DNA from: Candidatus Marinacidobacterales bacterium
GTDB taxonomy: Bacteria > Acidobacteriota > Vicinamibacteria > Marinacidobacterales > SMYC01
Reading direction: 5' to 3'
NCBI GenBank assembly: GCA_965237955.1
Contig: OZ250169.1
Coordinates: 7,936,001-8,000,000 of the forward strand
Length of the DNA: 64,000 bases
Program-made: the position numbers and the translations under genes
The notes under the pieces: generated by a model
What the model saw: only the letters and a program-made list of their open reading frames with translations
Database searches by the model: none
What the model was told of the DNA's origin: nothing
Shown: in pieces, positions 1-10,085 of the stretch
How positions within the stretch are numbered: the first letter of the stretch is position 1
Layout: the number at the start of each line of letters is the position of its first letter

Positions 1-498
1 GGCCGGCGTGGACAGCGAGACCGCTACTGTCGATCAAGATGTGCAACGGCGTCTTCTGCTTGTCTTGGTAGAAGGGGACCTTACCCAGCTTCGCCTTGCG
101 CCTCGAAATCGTGGTGTGATCGGGCACATCATTGTCTAGCTTCATCAGAGCGAACAACGATCGCAGCAATCCCTCGCTCTGCCTAGATGACAGATGAAAC
201 ACCATGCCCAGGGTGACAGCCGTCTCGATGGCGTGGTTCGAGTACTTGCGTTGACGGCCCGGTTTCCTCCTCCTCGGCCGGGGCGCGTCCCAGTTCACAA
301 GCTTGCCGGCGGTGAGCGAGATCCAGACGGTCAGGCTCCCACGGTTGCGTAGACCCGCCTCATATTCACGCCAATTCCTCACGCGATAGGCCTTCTTCAC
401 ATACTTCCGCTGAGTGCGTTTGAAAATGCTCATGGGGAACCTCGAATCCGTGAGTACAGGACAATTGTGGACCGAGATCGCGAGTTGTGCACCAAGGC
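1..498 (-). mobile_element. IS5-family (IS903 group) element, second type; transposase ATG at 433, runs off the window start
   Basis: Hand translation gives MSIFKRTQRKYVKKAYRVRNWREYEAGLRNRGSLTVW...HILIDSSG; terminal IR ttgtgcaccaaggc at 485-498. Confidence 0.85.
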
Positions 499-2101
499 AG
501 AAGAACTATGGCAAAGGCGTCACGTTTTCCGAAGTCGACGGCCAGGGCCGGATTTACCTCGTGAGCCCGGCGTTCAACCTCCACGCGCTTCACGCCAACA
601 ACGGTCGTCCCGTCGAGCAGTTCGGTAACGAAGGCATGGTGGACATCCTCGACGACTTCGGGTACCCACATGATCCGAACCTGGGTATCCCGCTCGAGAC
701 CGGCTACGTCACGAGCTCATCGCCGGCGATTGTCGTGAACGGCGTCATCGTCATCGGGAACACGCATCAGCAGGGCTATTACCAGACGCGTCGGGAGAAC
801 GTCCCGGGGCACATCATGGCGTACGACGCCAAGACGGGTGAGTTCTTGTGGAAGTTCAACATCATCCTGCAGCCGGGCGAGTTCGGGCACGACACGTGGG
901 AGAACGACGCGTGGTCTTACACCGGGAACGTATCGACGTGGGCGCCGTTGTCGGCAGACCCCGAGCTCGGGCTCGTCTACTTCGCGACCGATCCGCCGAC
1001 GAACGATTTCTACGGGGGCTTTCATCCCGGAGCCAACTTGTTCTCGACGACCATCATGGCGGTCGACGTGAAGACTGGCAAGCGCGCGTGGCACTTCCAA
1101 ACCGTCCATCACGACATCTGGAACTACGACAATCCGACCGCACCCACGCTCGTCGACATCACTCAGAACGGAGAGAAGATTCCGGTGCTGGTGCAGACGA
1201 CGAAACAGGCGTTCGCGTACGTGTTGAACCGTAAGACCGGTGAGCCCATCTGGCCTATCGAGGAGCGGCCGGTGCCGCAAACGACGGTTCCGGGCGAGAA
1301 GACGTCACCGACGCAGCCGTTTCCGACGAAACCTGCAGCGTACGACAAGCAGGGCCTCACCGAAGACGACTTGATCGACTTTACTCCCGAGCTTCGCGCG
1401 GAGGCAGTCGAGGTCATCAAGAAGTTCAAGACCGGTCCGCCTTTCAATCCGCCCTTGCACCGCGATAACAGCGACGGCTATGTCGGTTCGCTCCATTGCC
1501 CGGGTGGCGCCACCAACATCATGGGCGGAGCTGCTGTGGACCCGGAGACGGCGATCCTCTACGTCGCGTCCGTCGCGGGCTGTTCCTCGCCAAATCTCAT
1601 TCCCGGTGAAGAAATGGACGATCCCGACAAGGAGTTCAAGACAGGAAGACCGTCATGCGATGGGTCAGCGGGCCTCGGGCCTTTGGCCGGATGAGCGTTC
1701 AAGGATTATCGATTCTCAAACCACCCTACGGCAAGATCACGGCGATCGATCTGAACACGGGGGAGCACCTGTGGTGGATTCCGAACGGTGATACCCCGGA
1801 TTTCGTGAAGAACCACAAAGCGCTCCAGGGAGTCGATATCGGAAACACCGGCCAACGCGCCCACGCCACCGCGCTCGTCACCAAAACACTCCTCATGTAC
1901 GGCGAGGGAAGAAACGGCGAGCCGCGGTTCCACGCGGTGAACAAGAAGACCAGTGAGCACATCGGTGTCGTGGATATCCCGGCCCCGACCAACCAGGCGC
2001 CGATGAGCTACGTGCACGACGGCAAGCAATACATCGTCGTGGCGATTGCGAGCAACACCCATCCAGGCTCGTTGGTCGCGCTCGCGCTGGCGGAGGAGTA
2101 A
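499..2101 (+). pseudogene. PQQ-dependent (glucose/quinate-type) dehydrogenase, 5'-truncated by IS and frameshifted near 1645
   Basis: Motifs WHFQTVHHDIWNYD, PIWPIEERPVPQ, KPPYGKITAIDL, PMSYVHDGKQYIV; split over ORFs 414-1694 and 1655-2101. Confidence 0.85.
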
Positions 2102-2110
2102 CAGCGAAAC

Positions 2111-2144
2111 CCCGCCGTCGAGGCTCAAGTGCTTCGGCGGCGGG
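2111..2144. terminator. GC-rich hairpin between convergent genes
   Basis: cccgccgtcgagg...cttcggcggcggg. Confidence 0.55.
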
Positions 2145-2793
2145 ATCGTAACTGTGCGAGCCCGTCCTCGACTTCCTCGCGCGGTAGCTTGCCCTTAGCG
2201 AGCTCGTCATCGCTTTTCGCGAGCAGGCGCTGGTAGAGCTCGATGCCGGGGACGATGACGTCTTCGTGTCCCGCGTCGACGAGCTCGAAGAGAACGTCCT
2301 CCGCGTCCGCGAAATCACCTTGTCGCTCGTAGTGGAAGACCAGTTTCTTTTGAACGGCGGGTACGGGGGGATAAGCGGACAGAGCCTCGGTGAGAGCTTC
2401 GATCCGGCGCAAGTAACGGCCGGCGTCAGGAATGCGATCGAGGCTCTCCCGACCCGAAACCTCGAGCAGCAACGAGAAGGCGCGTATCCGTGCGTGGTAC
2501 GCGGTTTCTTCCTGGCCTTGGAGACTTTTTATCTCACCGTGCTCGTAGAGAAGCTCCGCGACGACGATACATTTGCCGGCATCGAGGCTGCCGCCGGGGC
2601 TGAAGAGGGTGAGGATCTGATCGACAGGAATGGCAAGCAACGTTTCGACGTCGAGGCCTACGAGGTTTTTGGCCGCCTCGGCGATGGCGAGCTCGGCTTC
2701 GTCGTACCGTTTGGCTTTCTTGAACGTGAGGACCGCGCCCAGGGTCTTGGCGAGCTGCTCGACGAGCCGGAGGATGTAGTCGCGCTGGAACAC
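2125..2793 (-). CDS. DUF6483-like helical protein
   Basis: GTG start with N-terminal FQRDYILRLVEQL motif, directly behind the DUF4159 stop. Confidence 0.65.
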   Translation of the reverse strand: MFQRDYILRLVEQLAKTLGAVLTFKKAKRYDEAELAIAEAAKNLVGLDVETLLAIPVDQILTLFSPGGSLDAGKCIVVAELLYEHGEIKSLQGQEETAYHARIRAFSLLLEVSGRESLDRIPDAGRYLRRIEALTEALSAYPPVPAVQKKLVFHYERQGDFADAEDVLFELVDAGHEDVIVPGIELYQRLLAKSDDELAKGKLPREEVEDGLAQLRSRRRST

Positions 2794-2798
2794 GCCGT

Positions 2799-3275
2799 CT
2801 AGTGGGTCAACGCATAAATAATGTAGTTGACGCCGAGTTTGTAGCCTTCGTTGGAGAGCTCGATGGGGTAGTACCCGTGTTCGGACCACTCCCAGTACTC
2901 GCCGATATCGTTGTTGAAGTTGGCGATCACTTGGACGCGGCCGGCGTCGTCGCGGACACCCCAGAACGAGGGCGCCCACCTTCCGGTGGGGTTGGTCATT
3001 GCCAAGGATTTGATGTGGAAAAAACTCTGGAAGACGGGATCCTCGAGCTCGAGGAGCTCGAGGTGTCGTCCTGGTAGCACGAGCGTCATGCAGGATTCGA
3101 AGTTCTCCCAATCCCACGGTCCGTCGAAGTCGTCGAAAATCGCGAAGCCTCCGCGACCGAGATAGTCGCGAAAATTCTCGGCTTCTTCGGGAGTGATGGC
3201 CCAGTCGCCGGGCTCGCTGAAATAGAGGATTGGATACCGCATGATCTCGTCGCTCGCGAGCTGAACGATCGTATG
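2799..3275 (-). pseudogene. DUF4159 protein, 5'-truncated by IS6
   Basis: YPILYFSEPG, GGFAIFDDF, NNDIGEYWE, GVNYIIYALTH. Confidence 0.8.
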
Positions 3276-4081
3276 GGTATTGTCAAGTTGACGTTGAGCG
3301 AGCGAACCTATCGCGTCGAGCTGACTTCCTTTGCTCTCATCGGACGGCACAGGTTACCTCCTGCCAGACGATGAAAGCGCGGTCTCGTAGCTCCCGATGA
3401 TGATGCGCTTGCAACAAATGCCGTCCGACGCGAAAGAGATTTTGCACGAGTCCATGCACGGTCAAGAATCGTTGCGCCTGCCCAGGAGCTTTAAACTTCC
3501 GCATCTGTCGTTCCCGTTGTCGCGTCGGTTCGTGCGAGACTTCGGCTAGGTTGTTTCTGTACTGGTCAGTGTCGTGGACGACGGACGGCATGACCTCGCG
3601 GTGAGCGGCGCTGTAGCTTCTCAGTTTGTCGGTGACCAGCTGCCAGGGCGGACGGCCTTGCCCCTTCAACAGCTTGCGGAAGAATCGTTTGGCGGCTTTC
3701 TGATCACGGCGAGGCTGGACGAGGATATCGATTACATCACCATCTTGGTCTACCGCGCGCCAGAGGTATTGGCGTTCACCTTGTATCTTTATGAAGACCT
3801 CGTCCAGGTGCCATGTGTCACCGAGACGACCCTGCCGACGCTTCAGTCGCCGAGCGTATTCCGGCCCGAACTTAATGCACCACAGTCGGACCGCTTCGTA
3901 AGAAACCGTGATGCCTCGCTGAGCGAGCAACTCTTCGACGTTTCGAAAGCTCACGCAGAATCGGTGGTAGAGCCAGACGGCGTGGCTGATGATTTCCGGT
4001 GGAAATCGATAGCCGTGGTAGCTTGGCGCATCGGTCTTCATTGGACCATTCTGTCAGTCACCAGCTCAATTTGACAATACC
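3276..4081 (-). mobile_element. IS6-family element, 806 bp
   Basis: IRs ggtattgtcaagttga / tcaatttgacaatacc; no target duplication; both neighbours truncated. Confidence 0.95.
3337..4041 (-). CDS. IS6 transposase
   Basis: YRFPPEIISHAVWLY, WHLDEVF, YLWRAVD, NNLAEVSH. Confidence 0.95.
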   Translation of the reverse strand: MKTDAPSYHGYRFPPEIISHAVWLYHRFCVSFRNVEELLAQRGITVSYEAVRLWCIKFGPEYARRLKRRQGRLGDTWHLDEVFIKIQGERQYLWRAVDQDGDVIDILVQPRRDQKAAKRFFRKLLKGQGRPPWQLVTDKLRSYSAAHREVMPSVVHDTDQYRNNLAEVSHEPTRQRERQMRKFKAPGQAQRFLTVHGLVQNLFRVGRHLLQAHHHRELRDRAFIVWQEVTCAVR

Positions 4082-5456
4082 CTCCAACATCTCCCAGCTC
4101 AGCGTGCCCCCCGGCGGCACCTTCCGCTACGAGCTTCCGCTGCTGGTAGCGGGGACCTTCTGGTACCACCCGCACATCCGAACCGACAGCCAGGTCGAGC
4201 GCGGGCTCCACGCCCTTCTGATCGTCCGCGATCCGGTCGAGGACACGGCGCTCGGGCTGCCGACGAGAGAGCACCTCTTCGTGCTCGACGACACGTTGCT
4301 CGACGCCTCCGGCCAGGTGGTCCCGCCCCGCACCAGCGGCGGCGACAGGGAGACGGTGGCCCTCGAGATTCTCAACGGCCGGGAGGGTAGCATCCCCCTG
4401 TTGAACGGGGTTTCCAGGCCGCGCCTCTCCATGGAGAGTGGAGTGCCCCACCGCATCCGCATCCTCAACGCCGCCAACTCGCGCATCATGCGCATGGGCT
4501 TCGTCGACCACGTGATGTGGCGCATCGGCGGCGACCAGGGCCTGCTCGAGCGACCGATCGAGATCCAGCCACCGCTCTCCGACACCCGAACGAGTGCGCC
4601 GTCGAGCGAGCCCGGATTCTCCGACCCCAACCCCAGCACGGGCCTCTTCATCACCCCGGGCGAGCGGGCCGACGTGGTCCTTTCGTTCTCCGGCTCGGGC
4701 TCCCTCGCGTTCCTGTGGCACGACACCCGGCGCGGCCGCCACAGCGTCGAGTTCCACCCCGACGCCACCTGCCCTCCCGAGGAACGCCTTTGCCGACAGG
4801 GCGTGTCCCTGGCCCACAACACGCCCGACGGCACCCTGCCCTGGCTCGTCTACGCCCAGATCGACCTCTTCGGCGCGAACGCTACCACCTATACCCCGCC
4901 AGCGGAACTCCGAACCATCCAGCGCATCGACACGACCGGCGCGACGGCGCTGCCGCTGACCCTGGGTCACACCTTTCCCAACTTCACCTCCGGCACGTTG
5001 GCCGCCTTCATCCAGGGTCTCGGCAAACCCTTCCCCCTCGTGACGCCCGAGGACGCCCACAAAGTGAGTGCCGGTGGCACCTACGTGTGGGAGGTCAGGA
5101 ACCTCACCGACGGACTCCACAACTTCCACCTCCACGGCTGGAGCTTCCAGAAGATCGAGACCGAGTGGGTGGATATGGACGATCCCGGGAACCCCTTGAA
5201 AAACTTCGTGGTGCCGGCCACCGTCCTGGAGAACAAGGACACCCAGCTCCTGCCAGGGCGCGTAGGCAGCGTCATTGGCCGGAGCTGGACCATCTCGCGC
5301 TTCGCCGTCACCTTCGTCGACCGCGGCCGCCCGGGTCAGGTGGCGGCGGCGGGCAAAGCGCCCACGGCCCAGCGCTCCGGCGGCTGGCTCATCCACTGCC
5401 ACATCCTGGAGCACTCCGCCGCCGGCATGATGAGCTTTTTCGAGGTCTCCAACTAA
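4082..5456 (+). pseudogene. Multicopper oxidase, 5'-truncated; present stop codon supplied by the IS110 left end
   Basis: Copper motifs WYHPH, HNFHLHG, HCHILEHSAAGMM. Confidence 0.85.
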
Positions 5457-5525
5457 GCATCGTACGCGCAGGGCTCGCGATCTATCTGGGTAGAAACTCC
5501 AGTGCTGCATGGAGCGTCCGTTTCA

Positions 5526-5531
5526 TACAAT
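5526..5531 (+). promoter_or_regulatory. Putative -10 box for the IS110 non-coding RNA
   Basis: TACAAT, 5 nt upstream of the terminal stem; -35 box weak. Confidence 0.4.
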
Positions 5532-5535
5532 AGCG

Positions 5536-5693
5536 GGAGCATCCGGGAACCGAGGCCGACTCAACACTGGTGCGATCCAGCCCGTAACTAAGCATGGCCC
5601 GGGGATGTTTCGGCACTGTCAGTGGTGACACGCGTGAGCGTGATCCCGTTTAGGAGAATGTAACGAATGCCCATCCCTGTTCCCGGATGCTTC
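5536..5693 (+). ncRNA. Candidate IS110 bridge/seek-type guide RNA
   Basis: 15-bp closing stem (5536-5550 with 5679-5693); internal matches to target and donor junctions. Confidence 0.6.
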
Positions 5694-5715
5694 ACGAAGT
5701 ATGAAGGAGCATCTG

Positions 5716-7104
5716 ATGAAGCACAATCGTCGTCAACCCAAGAAGCGGACTTCTCCATCCCTGCTGAAGCAAATCAACGTGAATGTCGCTGGGATCGATT
5801 GCGGCTCGGCCGAGCATTTCGTCGCAGTTCCACCGGAGCGCGATCCTAAACCGATCCGTTCCTTCAGGAGTTTCACGGCCGATCTTCATCGGCTCGCCGA
5901 CTGGCTCGCGACTTGCGGCGTGACGAGCATCGCGATGGAGTCGACCGGCGTCTACTGGATCGCACTGTATGAAATCCTCGAAGCCCGTGGCTTCCAGGTC
6001 CTCTTGGTCAACGCGCGCCACGTCAAAAACGTCCCGGGGCGCAAGAGCGATGTCAGCGATTGCGAATGGCTCCGGGAGTTGCACAGCGTGGGGTTGCTCC
6101 GCGGAAGCTTTCGACCCGAAGCAGCCATCACCGCCCTTCGTGGCTACCTCCGCCACCGAGAGACTCTCGTTCAGAGTGCGGTAACCCATATCCAGCGCAT
6201 GCAGAAGGCTCTCGTGCAAATGAATCTTCAACTCCACCTTGTGGTCACTGATATCACGGGTGTCACTGGCATGCGGATTCTACGAGACATCGTTGCCGGA
6301 CAAACCGACCCCCATCGGCTCGCTAAGCACCGTGACCACCGTTGTCAGTCCTCCGAGGCCGAGATCGCCGCTGCACTCACCGGCAACTATCGCCCCGAGC
6401 ACCTCTTCGCTCTCAAGCAGAACCTCGAACTCTTTGATGCTTTTCAGCTCCAGATCCAAACCTGTGACGTGGCCATCGAATCGCACCTGCAGCTTCTAGC
6501 TCAACGCTCAACCCCGAACACCTCCTTGCCACCGCCTCGAAAATCGCGCAAGCCCCGAGTGAACGAACCTCGGTTCGAGCTCCGGCCTCTCCTCCACCAG
6601 ATCGCCGGGGTCGACCTCTCCCAGATCGACGCCATCGGACCCTATTCCGCGCTTCGCTTGCTCGCCGAGATCGGTACCGATATGAACCGATGGCCTACTG
6701 AAAAGCACTTCACTTCCTGGCTTACCCTCGCGCCCAATAACAAAATCTCCGGCGGGCGACTCCTCAGCTCGAAAACACAACCCTCTGCAAACCGGGCCGC
6801 TGGCATTCTCCGCATGGCCGCACTCAGCCTCGGGCGTACACAGACCGCTCTCGGCGCCTACTATCGACGTCTCGCCTATCGCGTCGGTAAATCCAAAGCC
6901 ATCACCGCCACCGCTCGAAAGCTCGCCATTCTCGTCTACCGCACTCTCAAGGATGGGCTCGTCTATCAAGACCCCGGGGCCGCCGCCTACAACGCTCAAG
7001 ATCGCTCCCGTGCCGTGCGCCGCCTGACCCAACGCGCCGCTGACCTCGGTTTCGCTCTCATCGACACTCAAACGGGCGACGTCGTTCAGGCGGTAGTTTC
7101 TTAG
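5716..7104 (+). CDS. IS110 recombinase/transposase (DEDD RuvC + Tnp domain)
   Basis: GIDCGS, AMESTG, KSDVSD, ISGG motifs; RBS gaaggag before ATG 5716. Confidence 0.95.
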   Translation: MKHNRRQPKKRTSPSLLKQINVNVAGIDCGSAEHFVAVPPERDPKPIRSFRSFTADLHRLADWLATCGVTSIAMESTGVYWIALYEILEARGFQVLLVNARHVKNVPGRKSDVSDCEWLRELHSVGLLRGSFRPEAAITALRGYLRHRETLVQSAVTHIQRMQKALVQMNLQLHLVVTDITGVTGMRILRDIVAGQTDPHRLAKHRDHRCQSSEAEIAAALTGNYRPEHLFALKQNLELFDAFQLQIQTCDVAIESHLQLLAQRSTPNTSLPPPRKSRKPRVNEPRFELRPLLHQIAGVDLSQIDAIGPYSALRLLAEIGTDMNRWPTEKHFTSWLTLAPNNKISGGRLLSSKTQPSANRAAGILRMAALSLGRTQTALGAYYRRLAYRVGKSKAITATARKLAILVYRTLKDGLVYQDPGAAAYNAQDRSRAVRRLTQRAADLGFALIDTQTGDVVQAVVS

Positions 7105-7249
7105 GAGGACTCGAAGACGTAGTACATTCCGGTAGCGGTCTCGTAGTACAGGCCTCCCATCGCACCGGGCAGGGTTACCTGGTGGTAGCCGACGACGTTT
7201 GAAGAAGGACCGCGGTGACAAATGCATCGACGGCGTTTCCTGACGATCC

Positions 7250-7303
7250 CGTCCTGTGCCAAAACTCGGCCCTTTTGAAATAGACCACAAATCAGCAGCT
7301 TAG
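7250..7303 (+). repeat. Stub of rve-element left end (66-bp family)
   Basis: cgtcctgtgccaaaactcggcccttttgaaatagac...cagcagcttag; also at 8559, 9151 (inverted) and 60285. Confidence 0.85.
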
Positions 7304-7513
7304 ACGCCCTTGGAATCCGCGCAGAATCGAGTGTATTTCGCGCCGCAGGGCTGGCTTCCGACCCCAGAGCTGCGGGTGGCGAGCGACAGGCCCACCGGGG
7401 GTGCGCACGGCTGGCTCAAATCGGCTGCGGGGCGAGCTACGGGCAGTGAACTTCGCACCCGGAAGTCCCTCATTAGACTGGACTTTATCGAGCACAAGAG
7501 CGAACGTTCGGTG

Positions 7514-7945
7514 ATGCCGCAGGATACAGGGGTTGGCCGGAACGTCGTTTTGGACGGTTTGGACTTCGCCAGCTTACGGCGGGTCTGGGAGCAGACCTTT
7601 GGGGCTGCTCCTCCAAGCTCGCTCTCGCGTGTTTTCCTGCGCCGCGTTCTCTTGCACGAACGCCAGTGCCGGACCCATGGCGGGCTTTCGGCCGCAACCC
7701 GGCGCGCTCTGGCTGCCATGGCGAACGAGACACCAAGCTCCGGCGCTCCCGCAGGGTCCGTTTCTGCCGGCACCCATCTCGTCCGCGAGTGGAATGGCCG
7801 GACCTACCAGGTCGAGGTAATCGACAACGGCTATCGGTTCGATGGCAAAACCTATCCGTCCCTCACTACCATCGCCAAGCGAATCACCGGAACCCACTGG
7901 TCAGGACCACGCTTTTTCGGTCTCACGCCCAAGCGCAAGGCCTAA
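7514..7945 (+). CDS. DUF2924 protein of a serine-recombinase element
   Basis: GTHLVREWNGRTYQV, SLTTIAKRITGTHWSGPRFFGL. Confidence 0.9.
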   Translation: MPQDTGVGRNVVLDGLDFASLRRVWEQTFGAAPPSSLSRVFLRRVLLHERQCRTHGGLSAATRRALAAMANETPSSGAPAGSVSAGTHLVREWNGRTYQVEVIDNGYRFDGKTYPSLTTIAKRITGTHWSGPRFFGLTPKRKA

Positions 7946-7946
7946 C

Positions 7947-8059
7947 ATGAAGAAGATCCGCTGTGCCATCTATACGCGAAAGAGTGCGGAAGAGGGTCTC
8001 GAACAGGAGTTCAACTCCCTCGATGCGCAGCGAGAAGCCTGCGCCGCGTATGTCGCGAG
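7947..8059 (+). pseudogene. Large serine recombinase N-terminus, cut by IS5
   Basis: RCAIYTRKSAEEGLEQEFNSLDAQREAC. Confidence 0.9.
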
Positions 8060-8558
8060 GGCGTTGTTGCACGGCCCGGAGCAAATCGCTGACCTCCCTG
8101 TGCCGGTTGCAGAGTCACCCGGCGCAGTACGTATCGGGCATCCCGAGCGCAGCCATCTTGTTGAGTATCTCGCACCCAATTCGGTGTTCAACTCGTTGCC
8201 TCGCCAACGTTCGAGCCCGCATCTCCGGCCCGATGATCGCCTTGTAACGATAGACCGCGTTCTCCACCATGCTTCGCTTGGTGTAGCCTGAGAGCTTGTA
8301 CCATTCACGTCGGCCGTGTCTTTCGATTGCACGAATATGGCGATCGCGCTCCTGCATGGCGGTGTTCGAATTCTGACTGAGCGTCGCGTTTCGTTGCGGC
8401 GGAATCACCACGCGCGTCCTTCGTCCAGGACTGTGCGCTTCGATGGCTTCGTAGACCGCTTCCTTGTCGTATGCACTGTCCGCCGCCACCGACACTAGAG
8501 GTGCTTGAATCTGTGTTAGCAAAGCGGGGACTCGGGTTGTGTCGCGAGCTCGTGACGC
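8060..8558 (-). mobile_element. Main IS5 element, partial (3' half)
   Basis: IR ggcgttgttgcac; near-identical to the full copies. Confidence 0.95.
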
Positions 8559-9151
8559 CGTCCTGTGCCAAAACTCGGCCCTTTTGAAATAGCCCCATAA
8601 ATCAGCAGCTTAGTGTCTGTGTTTGAGGTTCTTGAGTGCGCCCCGCAGGCGCGTATATCCCCACGTCGGGTTCTCTCGCGCCACGCGTACAATGAGCTCA
8701 CGGATGTCCTTCGCCGTCGGAGGCCGGCCTGGGCTCCGGTTCTTGCTGCCATCGTACTTGGCTGCGATGACGTAGCGGTACCAGCGCAGAAGCGTAGCGG
8801 GTGTGGCAACGGACGCAATCTGGGCCAGCGCCTCGCGGCCCAAAGCCTGGGCCTTGACGGCGAGCCTGCGCCGGTCGTCGTCAGAGAGCCTGAGACACTT
8901 GCCCCGAAGCCCGGCTCGGAGCACACGGTTCTCCTCTCGCAGGTAGTCGATCACATCCTGCTGCTGGCGGTTGACCCAGCCAGCTAGAACGAGCAGTAGG
9001 AATTGCACGTGGTACGTCATCATGGATCTGAAGATAACACCCTCGGGCCAGACGATTGTAAAGCCTACGGCCCTTGGCCCCGGCGCAAACACAGACACTA
9101 AGCTGCTGATTTATGGTCTATTTCAAAAGGGCCGAGTTTTGGCACAGGACG
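8559..9151 (-). mobile_element. rve-integrase (IS481-like) element fragment bracketed by inverted 66/67-bp left ends; transposase N-terminus at 9023-8626
   Basis: AGWVNRQQQDVIDYLREENRVL...ARENPTWGYTRLRGALKNL; inverted repeats 8559-8625 and 9086-9151. Confidence 0.8.
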
Positions 9152-9238
9152 GGGACCGGCGTGCTCATGACCGAGGATTCTAGCTCCCATTGGCCAATCA
9201 AACGTAGATACGTCTATTCCGAAACGTCCCGGCGGGCC

Positions 9239-9272
9239 GGTCTTGAGTTCGTTTGTGTTTTTGGACACGACG
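9239..9272. repeat. 34-bp micro-element, copy 1
   Basis: ggtcttgagttcgtttgtgtttttggacacgacg, identical at 25388 and 27732. Confidence 0.9.
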
Positions 9273-9286
9273 CCCTACCGCGGTCC

Positions 9287-9718
9287 TCAGACTTGGAAGC
9301 TACCATGCTGGGCGCGACCCCGAACTAACTTTCGAATGTGTCGCTTGTCGTAGTATCGTCCGATACCGATACCAGGACAGTGCTCTCGCGCCGTGTTCCA
9401 CTGTGAACGAGTAGCGATTGGCGAGTCTTTGCCCGGCGTGAAGGGGAAGTTCCGGCACTGCGTCGGCCGCACGTCGTAGATCCCACAGCCCTTCGTTCTC
9501 GGATCCAGGAATACGCAGGTGCCCGAAGCCTCCGATAGAACGCGATGGTCGCCACGTTCCTCAATCGCCCACGCAACCCCAGCCGTCTGCAACCGACCCA
9601 CATCGCGCTTGCTCAAAAAGACGCCCTCGACGTCACCCTTGCCGAACATTGACTGTGAGCAGCAGTGACCGCAGTCTGGTTGGCACTCGAATCTCAAACC
9701 TTTCTTAATCCATCTCAT
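9287..9718 (-). CDS. YkgJ-family Cys-cluster (CxxCxxCC) protein
   Basis: FECQPDCGHCC, CVFL, CGIYDVRPTQCRNFPF. Confidence 0.85.
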   Translation of the reverse strand: MRWIKKGLRFECQPDCGHCCSQSMFGKGDVEGVFLSKRDVGRLQTAGVAWAIEERGDHRVLSEASGTCVFLDPRTKGCGIYDVRPTQCRNFPFTPGKDSPIATRSQWNTAREHCPGIGIGRYYDKRHIRKLVRGRAQHGSFQV

Positions 9719-9805
9719 TCCATGTACCGCGCAGTCGCCGCTCGGAGCTCCCGACTCGGACCCCTCATTCGTCCTCTTGCGCTCCGACTGGCATGAACAG
9801 CATCC

Positions 9806-9905
9806 AAATAACGAACCGGGGAGTTGCGGCCGGGGGCCGGGCAAAAGAGACAGACTACAGCTAATGCAGTGCGCCCGGCCGTCAGCTTCAATGGCGCGTT
9901 AGAAT
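9806..9905 (-). other. Degenerate integron attC-like site
   Basis: Minus strand TTCTAAC-gcgccattgaagctgacggccggg...cccggccgcaact...GTTATTT, overlapping the upstream stop codon. Confidence 0.5.
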
Positions 9906-10085
9906 GCCCCCTGCCACATGCCGTCGTCATATGACTCCATCGTGGTTTTTAGCCGCTCATAGAGATGGTCGAGTTCCTTTTGGAGCTTCTTGTCATCCGT
10001 GTGATTTGCTTCCGCCGCGATGTAGCCAATTATCTCATCCAGATCATCCAGAGTCAGCTTAACGATGAGTTTCTTACCTTTGACC
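9899..10085 (-). pseudogene. Cassette-like hypothetical ORF, 5'-truncated by IS5
   Basis: Lower-GC ORF tail KLTLDDLDEIIGYIAAEANHTDDKKLQKELD. Confidence 0.55.

Larger units (their letters stand above)
5451..7107 (+). mobile_element. IS110-family element, apparently intact
   Basis: Left end aactaagcat, right end gtttcttaggag; removing it gives oxidase end GAG GTC TCC GAC TCG AAG ACG TAG. Confidence 0.8.

Noticed and set aside
4038-5533. Long antisense and alternate-frame ORFs (e.g. 4038-5510, 13822-14970, 27824-29644, ORFs inside IS5)
   Set aside because: These are high-GC shadows of real genes with no motifs
5686-5693. gatgcttc as an antisense donor guide for a left end starting at 5455
   Set aside because: It is better explained as one arm of the 15-bp closing stem, and the 5451 boundary explains three matches
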